Shown here in pieces: positions 8,560 through 17,490 of a DNA stretch of 46,006 bases. Source of the stretch: Dehalococcoidia bacterium (lineage in GTDB: Bacteria; Chloroflexota; Dehalococcoidia; Lucifugimonadales; UBA3495); NCBI GenBank assembly GCA_963693555.1, contig CAVOAA010000002.1, positions 1 to 46,006 on the forward strand, read 5' to 3'. The notes beneath the pieces were generated by a model, which was given only the letters and a program-made list of their open reading frames with translations, had not been told where the DNA came from and searched no databases. Both the position numbers and the translations under genes were made by a program. Position 1 is the first letter of the stretch. Each line of letters starts with the position of its first letter.

Positions 8560-10119
8560 TCATATCTCTCGGGTTCGCCGCATCGCTGCCGGTATCCCAA
8601 TAAGCAGGTCAGACGCCGCAGTGCCGGTGTTCCCCAACCGGGCAACTAATTCCCGGCCAGCCTCACCATGCAGATAGACCCCACAAGACGCGGCGATGGC
8701 TGGCGATAGTCCCTGGGCCATCAGACCGGCGATGATGCCGCTGAGTACGTCTCCTGTGCCGCCAGTGGCCATCCCCGGATTGGCGAGCGACGCCACTCTG
8801 ACGATCCCGTCGGGCTGGGCGATGACCGTGTTGGCCCCCTTCAACACCAGGGCCACGTTCCACTTGGCGGCGTATTCCCGCGCCACCGCCACCCGGTCTT
8901 TCTGAATCTCTGCAGTCGAAAGCCCGGTCAGCGTCGCCATCTCTCCCGGATGAGGAGTGAGCACCAAGGGGCCGCGCGGGCGCTCATGCCAGTCCTTGAT
9001 ACGAGCCAGGTTGTTCAGACCATCGGCGTCAACCAGCGCCGGCAAAGCCGAGAGTCCAGGGCTTTCCGGATTGAATAACAGGTCTTCAACAAACTCAACT
9101 GTACCCTCGGAAAGGCCCAGTCCACAGCCCAACAAAATGTTGGTGTAACGCCGTGAACCTTCACGCAGTACCTGGGCCGCACGGGCACCGACCAGACCCT
9201 CTTCATCTTCCAGCAAAGGCAGGTGGATCGGCTCGGTAGACTTGGCTGCCGCGATGGGGTAGACGCTTTCCGGAGAAGCCAGTGTGGTTAGTCCGGCCCC
9301 AGCCCGCACCGACGCCTGGGACGCCAGGTAGGAAGCTCCAACGTAATTTCGAGACCCGGCGACCACAAGGGCGTGGCCAAATGTCCCTTTGTGGGAGTCC
9401 AGCGGACGCCGTGGCAGGTTCCTCGCGACCCAACGCGGCTCCAACAACTCCAGTTGGATCTCCCTCTCTTCTCTGAGGCCGGTCGGCACACCAATGTCCA
9501 CCACCCGCATCTCTCCGGCGTGCTCGGTACCGGGGAACTCCAGCAGGCCGACTTTGGGGTAGCCCAGAGCAAGGGTCACATCGCAGGGCACGGCGCTAAA
9601 GTCGACATCGCCGGTGTCAGGGTTGAGGCCGGTGGGTAGGTCTAACGCGAGCAGTTTGGGCGGCTTGGCGGCATTTCGGACGTTGGCCAAGCAGAACATG
9701 GCCTCCTGAACGGACCCTTCCAACGGGCGGGACCTTCCGGAGCCCAATAGGGCGTCGATCACCAGGTCTGACCGGGACAAGAACCCCTCGAATGGTTCCG
9801 TGCCAATGGCTTCTATCACGCGGACGGCGTAGTCCAGGGCTAGGTCCATCTTGGGGTCGATCTCCGGGCGTCCGGCCACTACAAAGCAGATAACCTCTGC
9901 TCCCCAACGGCGTAGATGCCTGGCCGCCACCAGACCGTCGGCGCCGTTATTCCCTGGGCCGACGAGGACAGCTATTCGCACACCGGCCGCGCCGACCATC
10001 TCCCTTGCCTCTTGGGCCACGGCCAAACCGGCATTTTCCATAAGGACGTCGGTACTGACTCCAGCTTTCTCCGACGCCTGCTCAATGGCCGCCATCTGGG
10101 CGGCGGTTACAATCTTCAT
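8560..10119 (-). CDS. nnr: Bifunctional NAD(P)H-hydrate repair enzyme (epimerase plus ADP-dependent dehydratase)
   Basis: The 519-aa product has an N-terminal YjeF-N domain (VLVGPGNNGADGLVAARHL) and a C-terminal carbohydrate-kinase-like domain (GHALVVAGS...GGTGDVLSGIIAGL). Its ATG overlaps the acpS stop as ATGA. Confidence 0.9.
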   Translation of the reverse strand: MKIVTAAQMAAIEQASEKAGVSTDVLMENAGLAVAQEAREMVGAAGVRIAVLVGPGNNGADGLVAARHLRRWGAEVICFVVAGRPEIDPKMDLALDYAVRVIEAIGTEPFEGFLSRSDLVIDALLGSGRSRPLEGSVQEAMFCLANVRNAAKPPKLLALDLPTGLNPDTGDVDFSAVPCDVTLALGYPKVGLLEFPGTEHAGEMRVVDIGVPTGLREEREIQLELLEPRWVARNLPRRPLDSHKGTFGHALVVAGSRNYVGASYLASQASVRAGAGLTTLASPESVYPIAAAKSTEPIHLPLLEDEEGLVGARAAQVLREGSRRYTNILLGCGLGLSEGTVEFVEDLLFNPESPGLSALPALVDADGLNNLARIKDWHERPRGPLVLTPHPGEMATLTGLSTAEIQKDRVAVAREYAAKWNVALVLKGANTVIAQPDGIVRVASLANPGMATGGTGDVLSGIIAGLMAQGLSPAIAASCGVYLHGEAGRELVARLGNTGTAASDLLIGIPAAMRRTREI

Positions 10120-10493
10120 CCTGTTTGGTCTTTCCCTTGGGTCACAACAAAGGCCACTGCGTATTCACGGGAGTGGGAGATACTCACGGAAATCTCGCCA
10201 ACCTGCAACCGCTCGGCCCGTTTCTCGGCCCGCCCGTGGAGCTTCACGCTGGGTGCTCCGCTATCGGCCCGCACAACCTCTATGTCCTTCCAACTGACCC
10301 CACGCACACCGGTGCCCAGGGCTTTCATGGTAGCTTCTTTGACTGCGAACCGGCCGGCAAGGTTGGGGGCGCGGCCGCGGCAATATTCGATCTCGCCGGG
10401 CGTGAAGATGCGATCCAGGAACCGTTGGCCGTAGCGTTCCAACACCTGTTTGATCCGGGGAATCTCTATGATGTCGACGCCTGTTGTAAGCAT
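10116..10493 (-). CDS. acpS: Holo-[acyl-carrier-protein] synthase
   Basis: The 125-aa product reads GVDIIEIPRI...RIFTPGEIEYC...AGRFAVKEATMKALG...ISISHSREYAVAFV. Confidence 0.9.
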   Translation of the reverse strand: MLTTGVDIIEIPRIKQVLERYGQRFLDRIFTPGEIEYCRGRAPNLAGRFAVKEATMKALGTGVRGVSWKDIEVVRADSGAPSVKLHGRAEKRAERLQVGEISVSISHSREYAVAFVVTQGKDQTG

Positions 10494-10564
10494 CGTCCGC
10501 CCGTGGAATTATCGGATAGGCCAGATCGGGTAAGTCGACCGAGTGAGCCGGTGAGGTTGCTAGA

Positions 10565-11482
10565 TCAGTTGTCCCGGCTGTGTCCGGGAAGGTCCAGGTT
10601 ATCCAGGATACGGGACACGGAATAGCTGCGGTTCAGCACGTAGAAATGGACGCCGGGCACCCCGGCATCCCAGAGCTCTCGCACCTGGGCGGTGGCATAT
10701 TCCACACCCATATCGCGGGCGCTGTTTTCACTGTCTGCATACTTGTCCAGCAGCTTGTCCAAATCTGGCGGAATCTCAGTCCCGCTGAGGCGAGTGAAAC
10801 GGCGGACCTGAGCTGAGTTCAACACAGGAAGCACACCGGGGATGATGGGGACGTCGATGCCCGCAGCTCGGGCTCGCTCCACGAAATCGAAGTAGTACCG
10901 GTTGTCGTATAGTAACTGGGTGATCAGGAAATCAGCCCCGTTGTCCACCTTCATCTTGACGTATTCAAGGTCGGTATCCAGGTCTACCGACTCGGTGTGG
11001 CCCTCCGGGTAGCAGGCGGCAGCCACGCCAAAGCTGTAATTGGCCTTTACATGCGTCAGCAGGTCGGAGGCGTGCTGAAACCCACCTTCAACCGGAACAA
11101 ACTCTGTTTCACCCTTCGGAGGGTCACCGCGCAGAGCCATGATGTTATCCACGCCCTCGGCCGCTAGACGCGCCAGTACCTTGTCGATCTCCTCTTTGTT
11201 CTGACCGACGCAGGTCAGGTGGGCCATGACCTCGACTCCGGTGTCCTGCTTAATCTTGAGCGTGATCTCCTCGGTAAAAGCCTGAGTGGAGCCGCCGGCC
11301 CCGTAGGTCACCGACACAAAGTCGGGGCAATACGCCTTCAACTCCTCCATGGTCTCCAACACCGCCGGTATGCCTTCGGCCTGCCGGGGTGGAAAGAATT
11401 CAAAAGAGATAGGGCGCGTTTTTTTCAGGATGTCTTTGATCTTCAAGCTGGGTATCCAATCACTGCCGGGAGATTTGTACAC
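10565..11482 (-). CDS. metF: 5,10-methylenetetrahydrofolate reductase
   Basis: The product contains ISFEFFPPRQ...VSVTYGAGGST...HLTCVG...LRGDPP...ITQLLYD. The start is uncertain: the GTG at 11482 has no ribosome-binding site, and a TTG at 11446 would give the typical MKIKDIL... N-terminus. Confidence 0.9.
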   Translation of the reverse strand: MYKSPGSDWIPSLKIKDILKKTRPISFEFFPPRQAEGIPAVLETMEELKAYCPDFVSVTYGAGGSTQAFTEEITLKIKQDTGVEVMAHLTCVGQNKEEIDKVLARLAAEGVDNIMALRGDPPKGETEFVPVEGGFQHASDLLTHVKANYSFGVAAACYPEGHTESVDLDTDLEYVKMKVDNGADFLITQLLYDNRYYFDFVERARAAGIDVPIIPGVLPVLNSAQVRRFTRLSGTEIPPDLDKLLDKYADSENSARDMGVEYATAQVRELWDAGVPGVHFYVLNRSYSVSRILDNLDLPGHSRDN

Positions 11483-11637
11483 CGGCAGGAGGTTATCGTA
11501 TTCGTAAAATCACTAGCCGTAGGCCATGAAATACGCTATTGGTGACACTAAATCATAGCATTGGCCCAGGTGGGTGTCGAACCAACCAGGCTCAATAGCC
11601 GCCTAGTAGCCTCTAAATAAAGCCGGGAAAATGCCAG

Positions 11638-12417
11638 TTAAAACTCTGGCTTGCGCTTCTCGATGAACGCCTTGATCCCATCCGAAGGGTCGGTCGATGT
11701 GGTCATATACCGGATGAAAGCGAGGCTCTCCAACTCAACCCCATCGTCGATCGATAGCCCCATACCGCGGAGCGTGGTCGCCTTTATCAGATTCAGGCCC
11801 TCGCGGCTCTTGGTGCGAAGGAGTGTCAAGATGGACTCAAGTTCATCATCCAGCCCTTCAGCCGGGACCGAACGCAAGGCCAACCCCCACTCGACAGCCT
11901 CAGGCCCGGATATCCACCGGCCGGTGGTCAACAATTCCATGGCCCGCTGCAAGCCCACACGTCGCGGCAGCCGCTGTGTGGAGCCGCCGCCGGGGATCAG
12001 TCCAAAATTCACGTGCTGGTCGCCGATCCGTGCATCATCGGCCACCAGGGCCATGTCGCAGGCCATCATCAGTTCCAGACCGCCCGCCAAAGCAAAACCG
12101 TGCACGACGGCGATAGCTGGGAATGGCAGAGTCTCGATCCGGTGGAGCAGGTCGGTGACCTGGGCCAGGTATGGCGGCAGCAATGCAGTGTCAGCGAAGG
12201 TCTTCTGGAAATAGGTCAAGTCAGCACCGGCACAGAATGCCCGGCCCTCGCCCCGGATAACCAAGGCCTTGATCGACTCATCCTCGCCGGTATCCGTTAC
12301 CGCGGCAGCGAGTTCGGATATCAGATCGGGACTCAGGGCATTAAGCGCGTCCGGCCGGTTCAGCCGGATGGTCGCCACCCGGTTTTCTTTCTCCAGTTTG
12401 ATATTGATATACTCCAC
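11638..12417 (-). CDS. Enoyl-CoA hydratase/isomerase (crotonase) family protein
   Basis: The product contains ATIRLNRPDALNAL...FCAGADL...AIAVVHGFALAGGLELMMACD. I set the start to the GTG at 12417, which has an AGGAGG 6 nt upstream. The ORF-track start at 12465 lacks a ribosome-binding site. Confidence 0.85.
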   Translation of the reverse strand: MEYINIKLEKENRVATIRLNRPDALNALSPDLISELAAAVTDTGEDESIKALVIRGEGRAFCAGADLTYFQKTFADTALLPPYLAQVTDLLHRIETLPFPAIAVVHGFALAGGLELMMACDMALVADDARIGDQHVNFGLIPGGGSTQRLPRRVGLQRAMELLTTGRWISGPEAVEWGLALRSVPAEGLDDELESILTLLRTKSREGLNLIKATTLRGMGLSIDDGVELESLAFIRYMTTSTDPSDGIKAFIEKRKPEF

Positions 12418-12515
12418 CGGACGCCTCCTAAAGCATGTTTTCGGCTGCATGTTTTTCAACAGCATGTGGGCCTGTTGCCTTAATATACCAGACGACCTAA
12501 CGCCGCTCCTGAAAG

Positions 12516-12836
12516 GTGCTTAGACATCTCGTGAAGCCCGCGAAGCCTCAAAATCCTGAAGAAACTTGTACGCTGAAAGTGCGGGTACAACCCAAAGCCT
12601 CGCGCAATCAGGTGGATGGTTTTGTAGAAGACACGCTGCGGCTCAGGGTTACTGCCCCGCCGACAGAGGGCCAGGCCAACGATGGCGTGATCACGCTGTT
12701 GGCCAAGGCATTGGGCGTCAGCAAGTCGCGGCTGGAGATCGTCCGGGGGCACAGCTCAAGAGACAAACTTATCTCGGTGCAGACCTTGTCCGAACAAGAA
12801 GTTCGGCGGCGTATCGAGACCGGGGCAAAAGGCTGA
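12516..12836 (+). CDS. DUF167 (YggU-like) family protein
   Basis: LKVRVQPKASRNQVDGF...LRLRVTAPPTEGQANDGVITLLAKALGVSKSRLEIVRGHSSRDKLI matches the YggU pattern I recall. The start (GTG at 12516 or 12531) is uncertain. Confidence 0.8.
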   Translation: MLRHLVKPAKPQNPEETCTLKVRVQPKASRNQVDGFVEDTLRLRVTAPPTEGQANDGVITLLAKALGVSKSRLEIVRGHSSRDKLISVQTLSEQEVRRRIETGAKG

Positions 12837-12860
12837 TTAAAGGGGCCTAGGAGGGCGCGA

Positions 12861-13310
12861 TTGCAGGCAATGAACTTTGGTTGGGTCTTGGAAAACGAAC
12901 TGGCCGGGTCAGAAGGTCCGGCCAGTTTTGACGACTTAGCTTTTCTCTACCATCATGGAGTCCGGGCCGTTATCCGGATGGAAGAACGGACCATCCCCGC
13001 CGACAGCGGGAAAGACATCGACCTGTTGGACATGTACGAGCCGGTCGAGGATTTCACGGCGCCCGACATGGAACAGATCCAGCGGATGATTGATTTCATC
13101 GACCAGCAGACCGCCGAGAAACGGCCGGTGGTGGTCAGTTGCTATGCGGGCATCGGGCGGACCGGCACTGTCCTAGCCTGTTACCTGGTGCACCGTGGCA
13201 TGGAACCCGCCGCTGCCATCAGCCGGGTACGGGAACTACGTCCACCCTCGATCCAGACAGCAAGCCAAGAAGCGGCTATCCATGCCTACGCGGAGTGGGC
13301 CAGCCGTTAA
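12861..13310 (+). CDS. Dual-specificity / protein-tyrosine phosphatase family protein
   Basis: A CX5R P-loop is present (VVVSCYAGIGRTGTVLACYLV). The TTG start at 12861 follows an AGGAGGG by 5 nt. Confidence 0.75.
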   Translation: MQAMNFGWVLENELAGSEGPASFDDLAFLYHHGVRAVIRMEERTIPADSGKDIDLLDMYEPVEDFTAPDMEQIQRMIDFIDQQTAEKRPVVVSCYAGIGRTGTVLACYLVHRGMEPAAAISRVRELRPPSIQTASQEAAIHAYAEWASR

Positions 13311-13516
13311 GCGGCAACGGCCCTGGCGCGATCTTCGGTCAATGCCTGAATAGCGATCTGATCGAACGTCGCCCCGTGTAGCACGGACCGGTGGCCGCCC
13401 GACTCGTTGACCTCGGTCAATTTCCCGCATTGCAGGCATTTTAGGAAAGCGCCGAATGAGTCCTTTTCCAGGGTCAGGTCTCCCTCGCATTTGGTGCAGG
13501 CTTTTAGATAAAACAT
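13307..13516 (-). CDS. Small zinc-ribbon protein (69 aa), uncharacterised
   Basis: The product is MFYLKACTKCEGDLTLEKDSFGAFLKCLQCGKL..., with two CxxC pairs. A GGAAGGA lies 8 nt upstream of the ATG at 13516. The longer ORF-track version (to 13921) is an antisense shadow of the JAMM gene. Confidence 0.55.
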   Translation of the reverse strand: MFYLKACTKCEGDLTLEKDSFGAFLKCLQCGKLTEVNESGGHRSVLHGATFDQIAIQALTEDRARAVAA

Positions 13517-13697
13517 CTGATGATTCCTTCCGGGTTGCGGGCTGTGCGAATCTTGCTGGGCCACTTTCCCGTATCTATTTATGCAAGCTTTGATGCCGCT
13601 ATTCACTCCAGGGTTTCCTCTGGTATATTCACACAAGTTTGCGGCTTCATACCCTCCTGACGTAGATCGCTCAGATTTTGTTCCCGGAGTTGACCGA

Positions 13698-14111
13698 TTG
13701 GTCCAGATCAAACAGGAATTCATCGATGAAATGGTGGCCCACGCCAAGGCCGACCTACCCAACGAGTGCTGCGGCATCCTGGCGGGGCCGGACGGCCAGG
13801 TGATGAAGGCGTTCCAAATGGCCAACGTGGAAGCCAGCCCCTTCCGGTTCGCGATGGACCCCGGGGAACTGGGCAGGGTCGATTCCGAGGCCGGAGACAA
13901 TGACTGGGAGCTGCTGGCCATCTACCACTCCCACACCGGCAGCGAGGCCTATCCTTCCGACACCGATGTCCGCATCGCCGGCGGCACTGCCGGGCTCTTG
14001 CCCGACGTCCGCTACGTGCTGGTCTCTCTGATGGACATGGACAACCCGTCGGTACGCATATTTCAGATATCTGATGGAACAGTCACTGAGGAGCCCCTCG
14101 AGGTCGCCTGA
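13698..14111 (+). CDS. JAMM/MPN+ (Mov34) metalloprotease family protein
   Basis: The product contains EFIDEMVAHAKADLPNECCGILAG...YHSHTGSEAYPSDTD, which covers the E-x-CG and H-x-H-x7-S-x2-D JAMM motifs. The TTG start at 13698 has a GGAG 8 nt upstream and gives a typical 137-aa size. Confidence 0.8.
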   Translation: MVQIKQEFIDEMVAHAKADLPNECCGILAGPDGQVMKAFQMANVEASPFRFAMDPGELGRVDSEAGDNDWELLAIYHSHTGSEAYPSDTDVRIAGGTAGLLPDVRYVLVSLMDMDNPSVRIFQISDGTVTEEPLEVA

Positions 14112-14151
14112 AATACACACGCCGGTACAGTCCCTGAGAAGCCGCTCAAGA

Positions 14152-16392
14152 TTGAACCACGCACGATTCATTCGTTGGTTGCCCGCAGCTATCTTCTTAC
14201 TGGCCGTCGCATGCAGCGGCGCCACGGCAACGCCCTCGTCTTCAGTCACGCCTAGTGGCGTTGGTCAAGACGGGACCTCTACTCCATTGGCAACACCAAC
14301 CGGACACACTCCAGCCCGGCCGCCCACTCGGCATCCCGATACCACAAACTGGGTGGAAGCACGCCTTGATGCGGTCGTGGACCTCTATCAACCCACCCGG
14401 GCCGGAGTGGCCCTACTGCGCAGCCTGGACTTGCGGCAGATGGAGGGCGAGCCGGGCTTCTTCGGTAGCTATGGGTTCGCCGAATGGGCCGGCGTCGGCG
14501 AGGCCTCACCCATCGGTGTGATACACGAACTGGGCCACTCCTATTGGGGCGGCTTCCCTGTCGCAGGCCGGCCCGACCTCAGCTGGGTCAGGACTTCCAA
14601 TGACACGCGGGACACAGGCGACACGCGCTCGACGGCCATGCAGAGCTACCACAAAGACATCCTCACCTTCATGGCTCAACCGCCCGACGACTACGAGTTG
14701 CTCCGGCAGCGGATGCGCAACCTCCCCGACATCTCCAGCGACAACACCGAGCCGGTGCTCCACAACATGGAAGCCGACATGGTCTACAACACCGGCGGCA
14801 GCCTCAACATGGTGCCGCCCATCCTGCAGAAGTACTGGGTGAATTTTCTGTCGCCCGGACGGTTCGGCAACTGGTATAACGCGGCCGGTTGGTTTCAAAC
14901 ACTTTCTGAAGACGACCGAAAATTAGCCGGCAAGTGGCTGGGATTCGAGCACTTGGACCTGCGGGATTACCCAACTCTGGAAACGGTCCCGCCATCTCCC
15001 GAGGTCATGCTCACCGCCCAGACCGTTATCGAAACCGAAGAGAGGCAGCGCCTCTGGGACCTGGTCTACCAGTTCGATCTGCTGATCGGCGACCCGCAGA
15101 ATGAAGAGGACTTCGAGTTCTGGCGCCGGTATCTTCGGGACAAGATCACCCTCCACCAAACCCACCCCGCCTACCTGTTATTGCTCTCTCACTCGCGCGC
15201 CGGACAGTTTGACTCGGCGATGCGTTTTATCGAATCTCTGACCAATAACTCACCTGCTGAGCAGGCGGCCCGGCTGGCAGACCAACTGGTGGCGGAGCCC
15301 TTCCTGGTAAACCTGCTGCCAGCGGTCGATAACCGAATACTGGTGGAGCTTTTTTCCAGTGGAGCCGAACTGCCAGAAGGACAGACGCTACAGGCCACTG
15401 CCAGCTTCGTGGAGCGGCTCAAGGTATTTGGGTCCAAGGTCGATTCTGTCCTACAAGCCGGGCGGTCCGACCCCTCGGCCGGTGCGGCGGAGTTGGAGAC
15501 GTTCCTGGGTGAAACAGGGCTCGAACATGAAGACGACATCAAGCTTTTCTTCAACCTGTTCAAAGACCGAGACCGGGAGGTTGCCAGCGCCGTGACACTG
15601 GCGCTGTCCGGCAAAACGGTGCGCGGATTGATGGTGCCTGTTCCGTTCCAATTGCGTTCGCTGCTAAAACCGTCAGCGCTGCTATCCAAGCTCGGCGTCA
15701 CGTACGCTTACAGCGAATCTCCGCCCCTCAGCGAAGCGATAGCCCTGTTGGTCGAAGAGCCATCGGGGAACTTCCAGGTTGACGAGCCATATCTGGACGC
15801 CATGTTTGAAGTCGTGGCAGAGCGCACGGGAGACTCGCCCCATGATGCGGCGCAACTGCTGCTGAATACACCCTTCCCATTGGAGGGTTTCATCATGGCC
15901 CAACCGGCTGCGGCGGCGGCGATATTCAATACCCGGATGCCTGTCGCGGTGGAGTTGGTGCAAACCAGCGACTCGCTGCTGGCGCCGCCGTGGCGGATCA
16001 TGTACCGGCTGATCAAAGCCGACCATGAGTTGGCGGCAAGCGTCCTAGCCGAATTCCACCGGCGCGGCGAGACCCGCTTGGTTGCCGAGTCCCTGGCCCA
16101 CATGGCCTACGACAAAGACCGGCAGGAAAGATCATCCCTGCTACCGATCTCGTTGGAGGCCGACGGCCAGTTCTTGGGAGAACTGTTCCAATCCGAAGGG
16201 GCGGACTGGCTGGAAGACAGACTCGGTGAGTCGGTATCGCTATTCCGCACGAGGGTGGAAGACGGCGAAGTGAGCCCAGAATTCCTGGAGCGTTACCGCG
16301 AAACCCTGGAATTCGCCGCCGCCTTTCTCAGCGACCCAGAAACCCGAACCGGCCTGACCGGGGTTATTCGTCGGGCGTTTGGGCTGTCATGA
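14152..16392 (+). CDS. Large uncharacterised lipobox-bearing protein with a single HExxH motif (putative secreted zinc metallopeptidase)
   Basis: A TTG at 14152 gives MNHARFIRWLPAAIFLLAVAC-SG, a signal peptide with a lipobox-like cysteine. This is followed by a Thr/Pro/Ser linker and then VIHELGHSYWGG (HELGH at 14524-14538). I recognise no other family signature. Confidence 0.6.
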   Translation: MNHARFIRWLPAAIFLLAVACSGATATPSSSVTPSGVGQDGTSTPLATPTGHTPARPPTRHPDTTNWVEARLDAVVDLYQPTRAGVALLRSLDLRQMEGEPGFFGSYGFAEWAGVGEASPIGVIHELGHSYWGGFPVAGRPDLSWVRTSNDTRDTGDTRSTAMQSYHKDILTFMAQPPDDYELLRQRMRNLPDISSDNTEPVLHNMEADMVYNTGGSLNMVPPILQKYWVNFLSPGRFGNWYNAAGWFQTLSEDDRKLAGKWLGFEHLDLRDYPTLETVPPSPEVMLTAQTVIETEERQRLWDLVYQFDLLIGDPQNEEDFEFWRRYLRDKITLHQTHPAYLLLLSHSRAGQFDSAMRFIESLTNNSPAEQAARLADQLVAEPFLVNLLPAVDNRILVELFSSGAELPEGQTLQATASFVERLKVFGSKVDSVLQAGRSDPSAGAAELETFLGETGLEHEDDIKLFFNLFKDRDREVASAVTLALSGKTVRGLMVPVPFQLRSLLKPSALLSKLGVTYAYSESPPLSEAIALLVEEPSGNFQVDEPYLDAMFEVVAERTGDSPHDAAQLLLNTPFPLEGFIMAQPAAAAAIFNTRMPVAVELVQTSDSLLAPPWRIMYRLIKADHELAASVLAEFHRRGETRLVAESLAHMAYDKDRQERSSLLPISLEADGQFLGELFQSEGADWLEDRLGESVSLFRTRVEDGEVSPEFLERYRETLEFAAAFLSDPETRTGLTGVIRRAFGLS

Positions 16393-17443
16393 TTGACTGG
16401 CCCGATATTGGACTAGACCGAGAGCTGTCATCGTCGTCGTCTTCGGTCCCGCCCACGGTTGCCACCACCACAGCTCCAACTATGTAGGCTGTTGCCATCA
16501 ACCCTAGTATGACTGCCATCACCCCAGACTTTATCCGGTTTCGCGCCAGTATCAACACCAACGCGGATAGCATCATGCCCACCGCAACGCCACCAGCCAC
16601 AAAATGCGCCGGCACGGTCTGGTTGCCCAGCACACCGTCGCGGAAGAACGGGTCGGCGTAGAACAATATCGTCACGTTGAAGGCGCAACTCCCAAAGAGC
16701 CCAGCCACACCCAGGTCCGCAGCGCCCATCTTAGCAGCCGCGATGGTCGATGACGCCTCGGGCATGGTTGTTACCAGCGACACCAGCAGGATGCCCAGGG
16801 TGCTGGATGCGATGCCGGTGATACCGGCGATCTCGTCTGAACTCCAAGCCAGGAAGAACCCGGACACGACCACACCGGCAGAGACCAAGCCGAATAGCAA
16901 CCAGGCCTTCTTCAGGGTCATTCCCGGGTCGTCTTCTTCTTCGTCGTCGTCAGCCTGAGGCCGGGTCTTGTAAACCCAGAACATGCCTACCACGAAGAAC
17001 ACTATCAGGACTATCGAAGAGATTCCGACCTCTCCCGCGTTCGTCCCCATCTTCAAGGCGCCGAAGAGGATGGCCCCTCCGGTCATGACCACGGCAACAA
17101 CAATCAGATAGCCCTGCTCGGGGGCCACCTGTGCAATGAACTTCTTGCCACCGAACGCCAACGCCACCGCGGCCAGGGTGAACATGTTGAGCATGTTGGC
17201 GCCGAAAACGTTGCCCACGGCCAATTCGGGGTTGGGAGGGTCAAGCGTCACCGCCGAAATGTTGGTGGACAACTCTGGCAGTGACGTTGCTAGGGCCACC
17301 AACAGACTTCCCACGAACAACCGGCCCCAGCCGGTCAGCGACGCCAGAGCGTCGCCGTAGACCGCCAGTTTGGCACCGCAGAACATCACGACCACTGCGC
17401 TGCCCAAGAAAACCAATATTGCGACCGTTAGGTCTCCGCCCAT
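16364..17443 (-). CDS. Ca2+/cation antiporter (CaCA, sodium/calcium exchanger family) membrane protein
   Basis: The two alpha-repeat motifs GNVFGANMLNMF and GLFGSCAFNVTILF are separated by an acidic loop (DDDEEEDD), and there are about 10 hydrophobic segments. An AAGGA ribosome-binding site favours the ATG at 17443 over the TTG at 17446. Confidence 0.85.
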   Translation of the reverse strand: MGGDLTVAILVFLGSAVVVMFCGAKLAVYGDALASLTGWGRLFVGSLLVALATSLPELSTNISAVTLDPPNPELAVGNVFGANMLNMFTLAAVALAFGGKKFIAQVAPEQGYLIVVAVVMTGGAILFGALKMGTNAGEVGISSIVLIVFFVVGMFWVYKTRPQADDDEEEDDPGMTLKKAWLLFGLVSAGVVVSGFFLAWSSDEIAGITGIASSTLGILLVSLVTTMPEASSTIAAAKMGAADLGVAGLFGSCAFNVTILFYADPFFRDGVLGNQTVPAHFVAGGVAVGMMLSALVLILARNRIKSGVMAVILGLMATAYIVGAVVVATVGGTEDDDDDSSRSSPISGQSIMTAQTPDE

Positions 17444-17490
17444 CAATCGATCCTTATTTGGTTGATTTAGTCCCTTATGCTGATCCGGTT

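Noticed and set aside
11483-11637. A SAM or other riboswitch upstream of metF.
   Set aside because: No recognisable SAM-I, SAM-II or THF riboswitch core sequences were visible by eye.
13517-13921. The 5' two-thirds of the 204-aa ORF at 13307-13921(-).
   Set aside because: It overlaps the JAMM gene in antisense and reads as low-complexity Ser/Pro/Ala. Only the last 69 codons, which have their own ribosome-binding site and CxxC motifs, look genuine.
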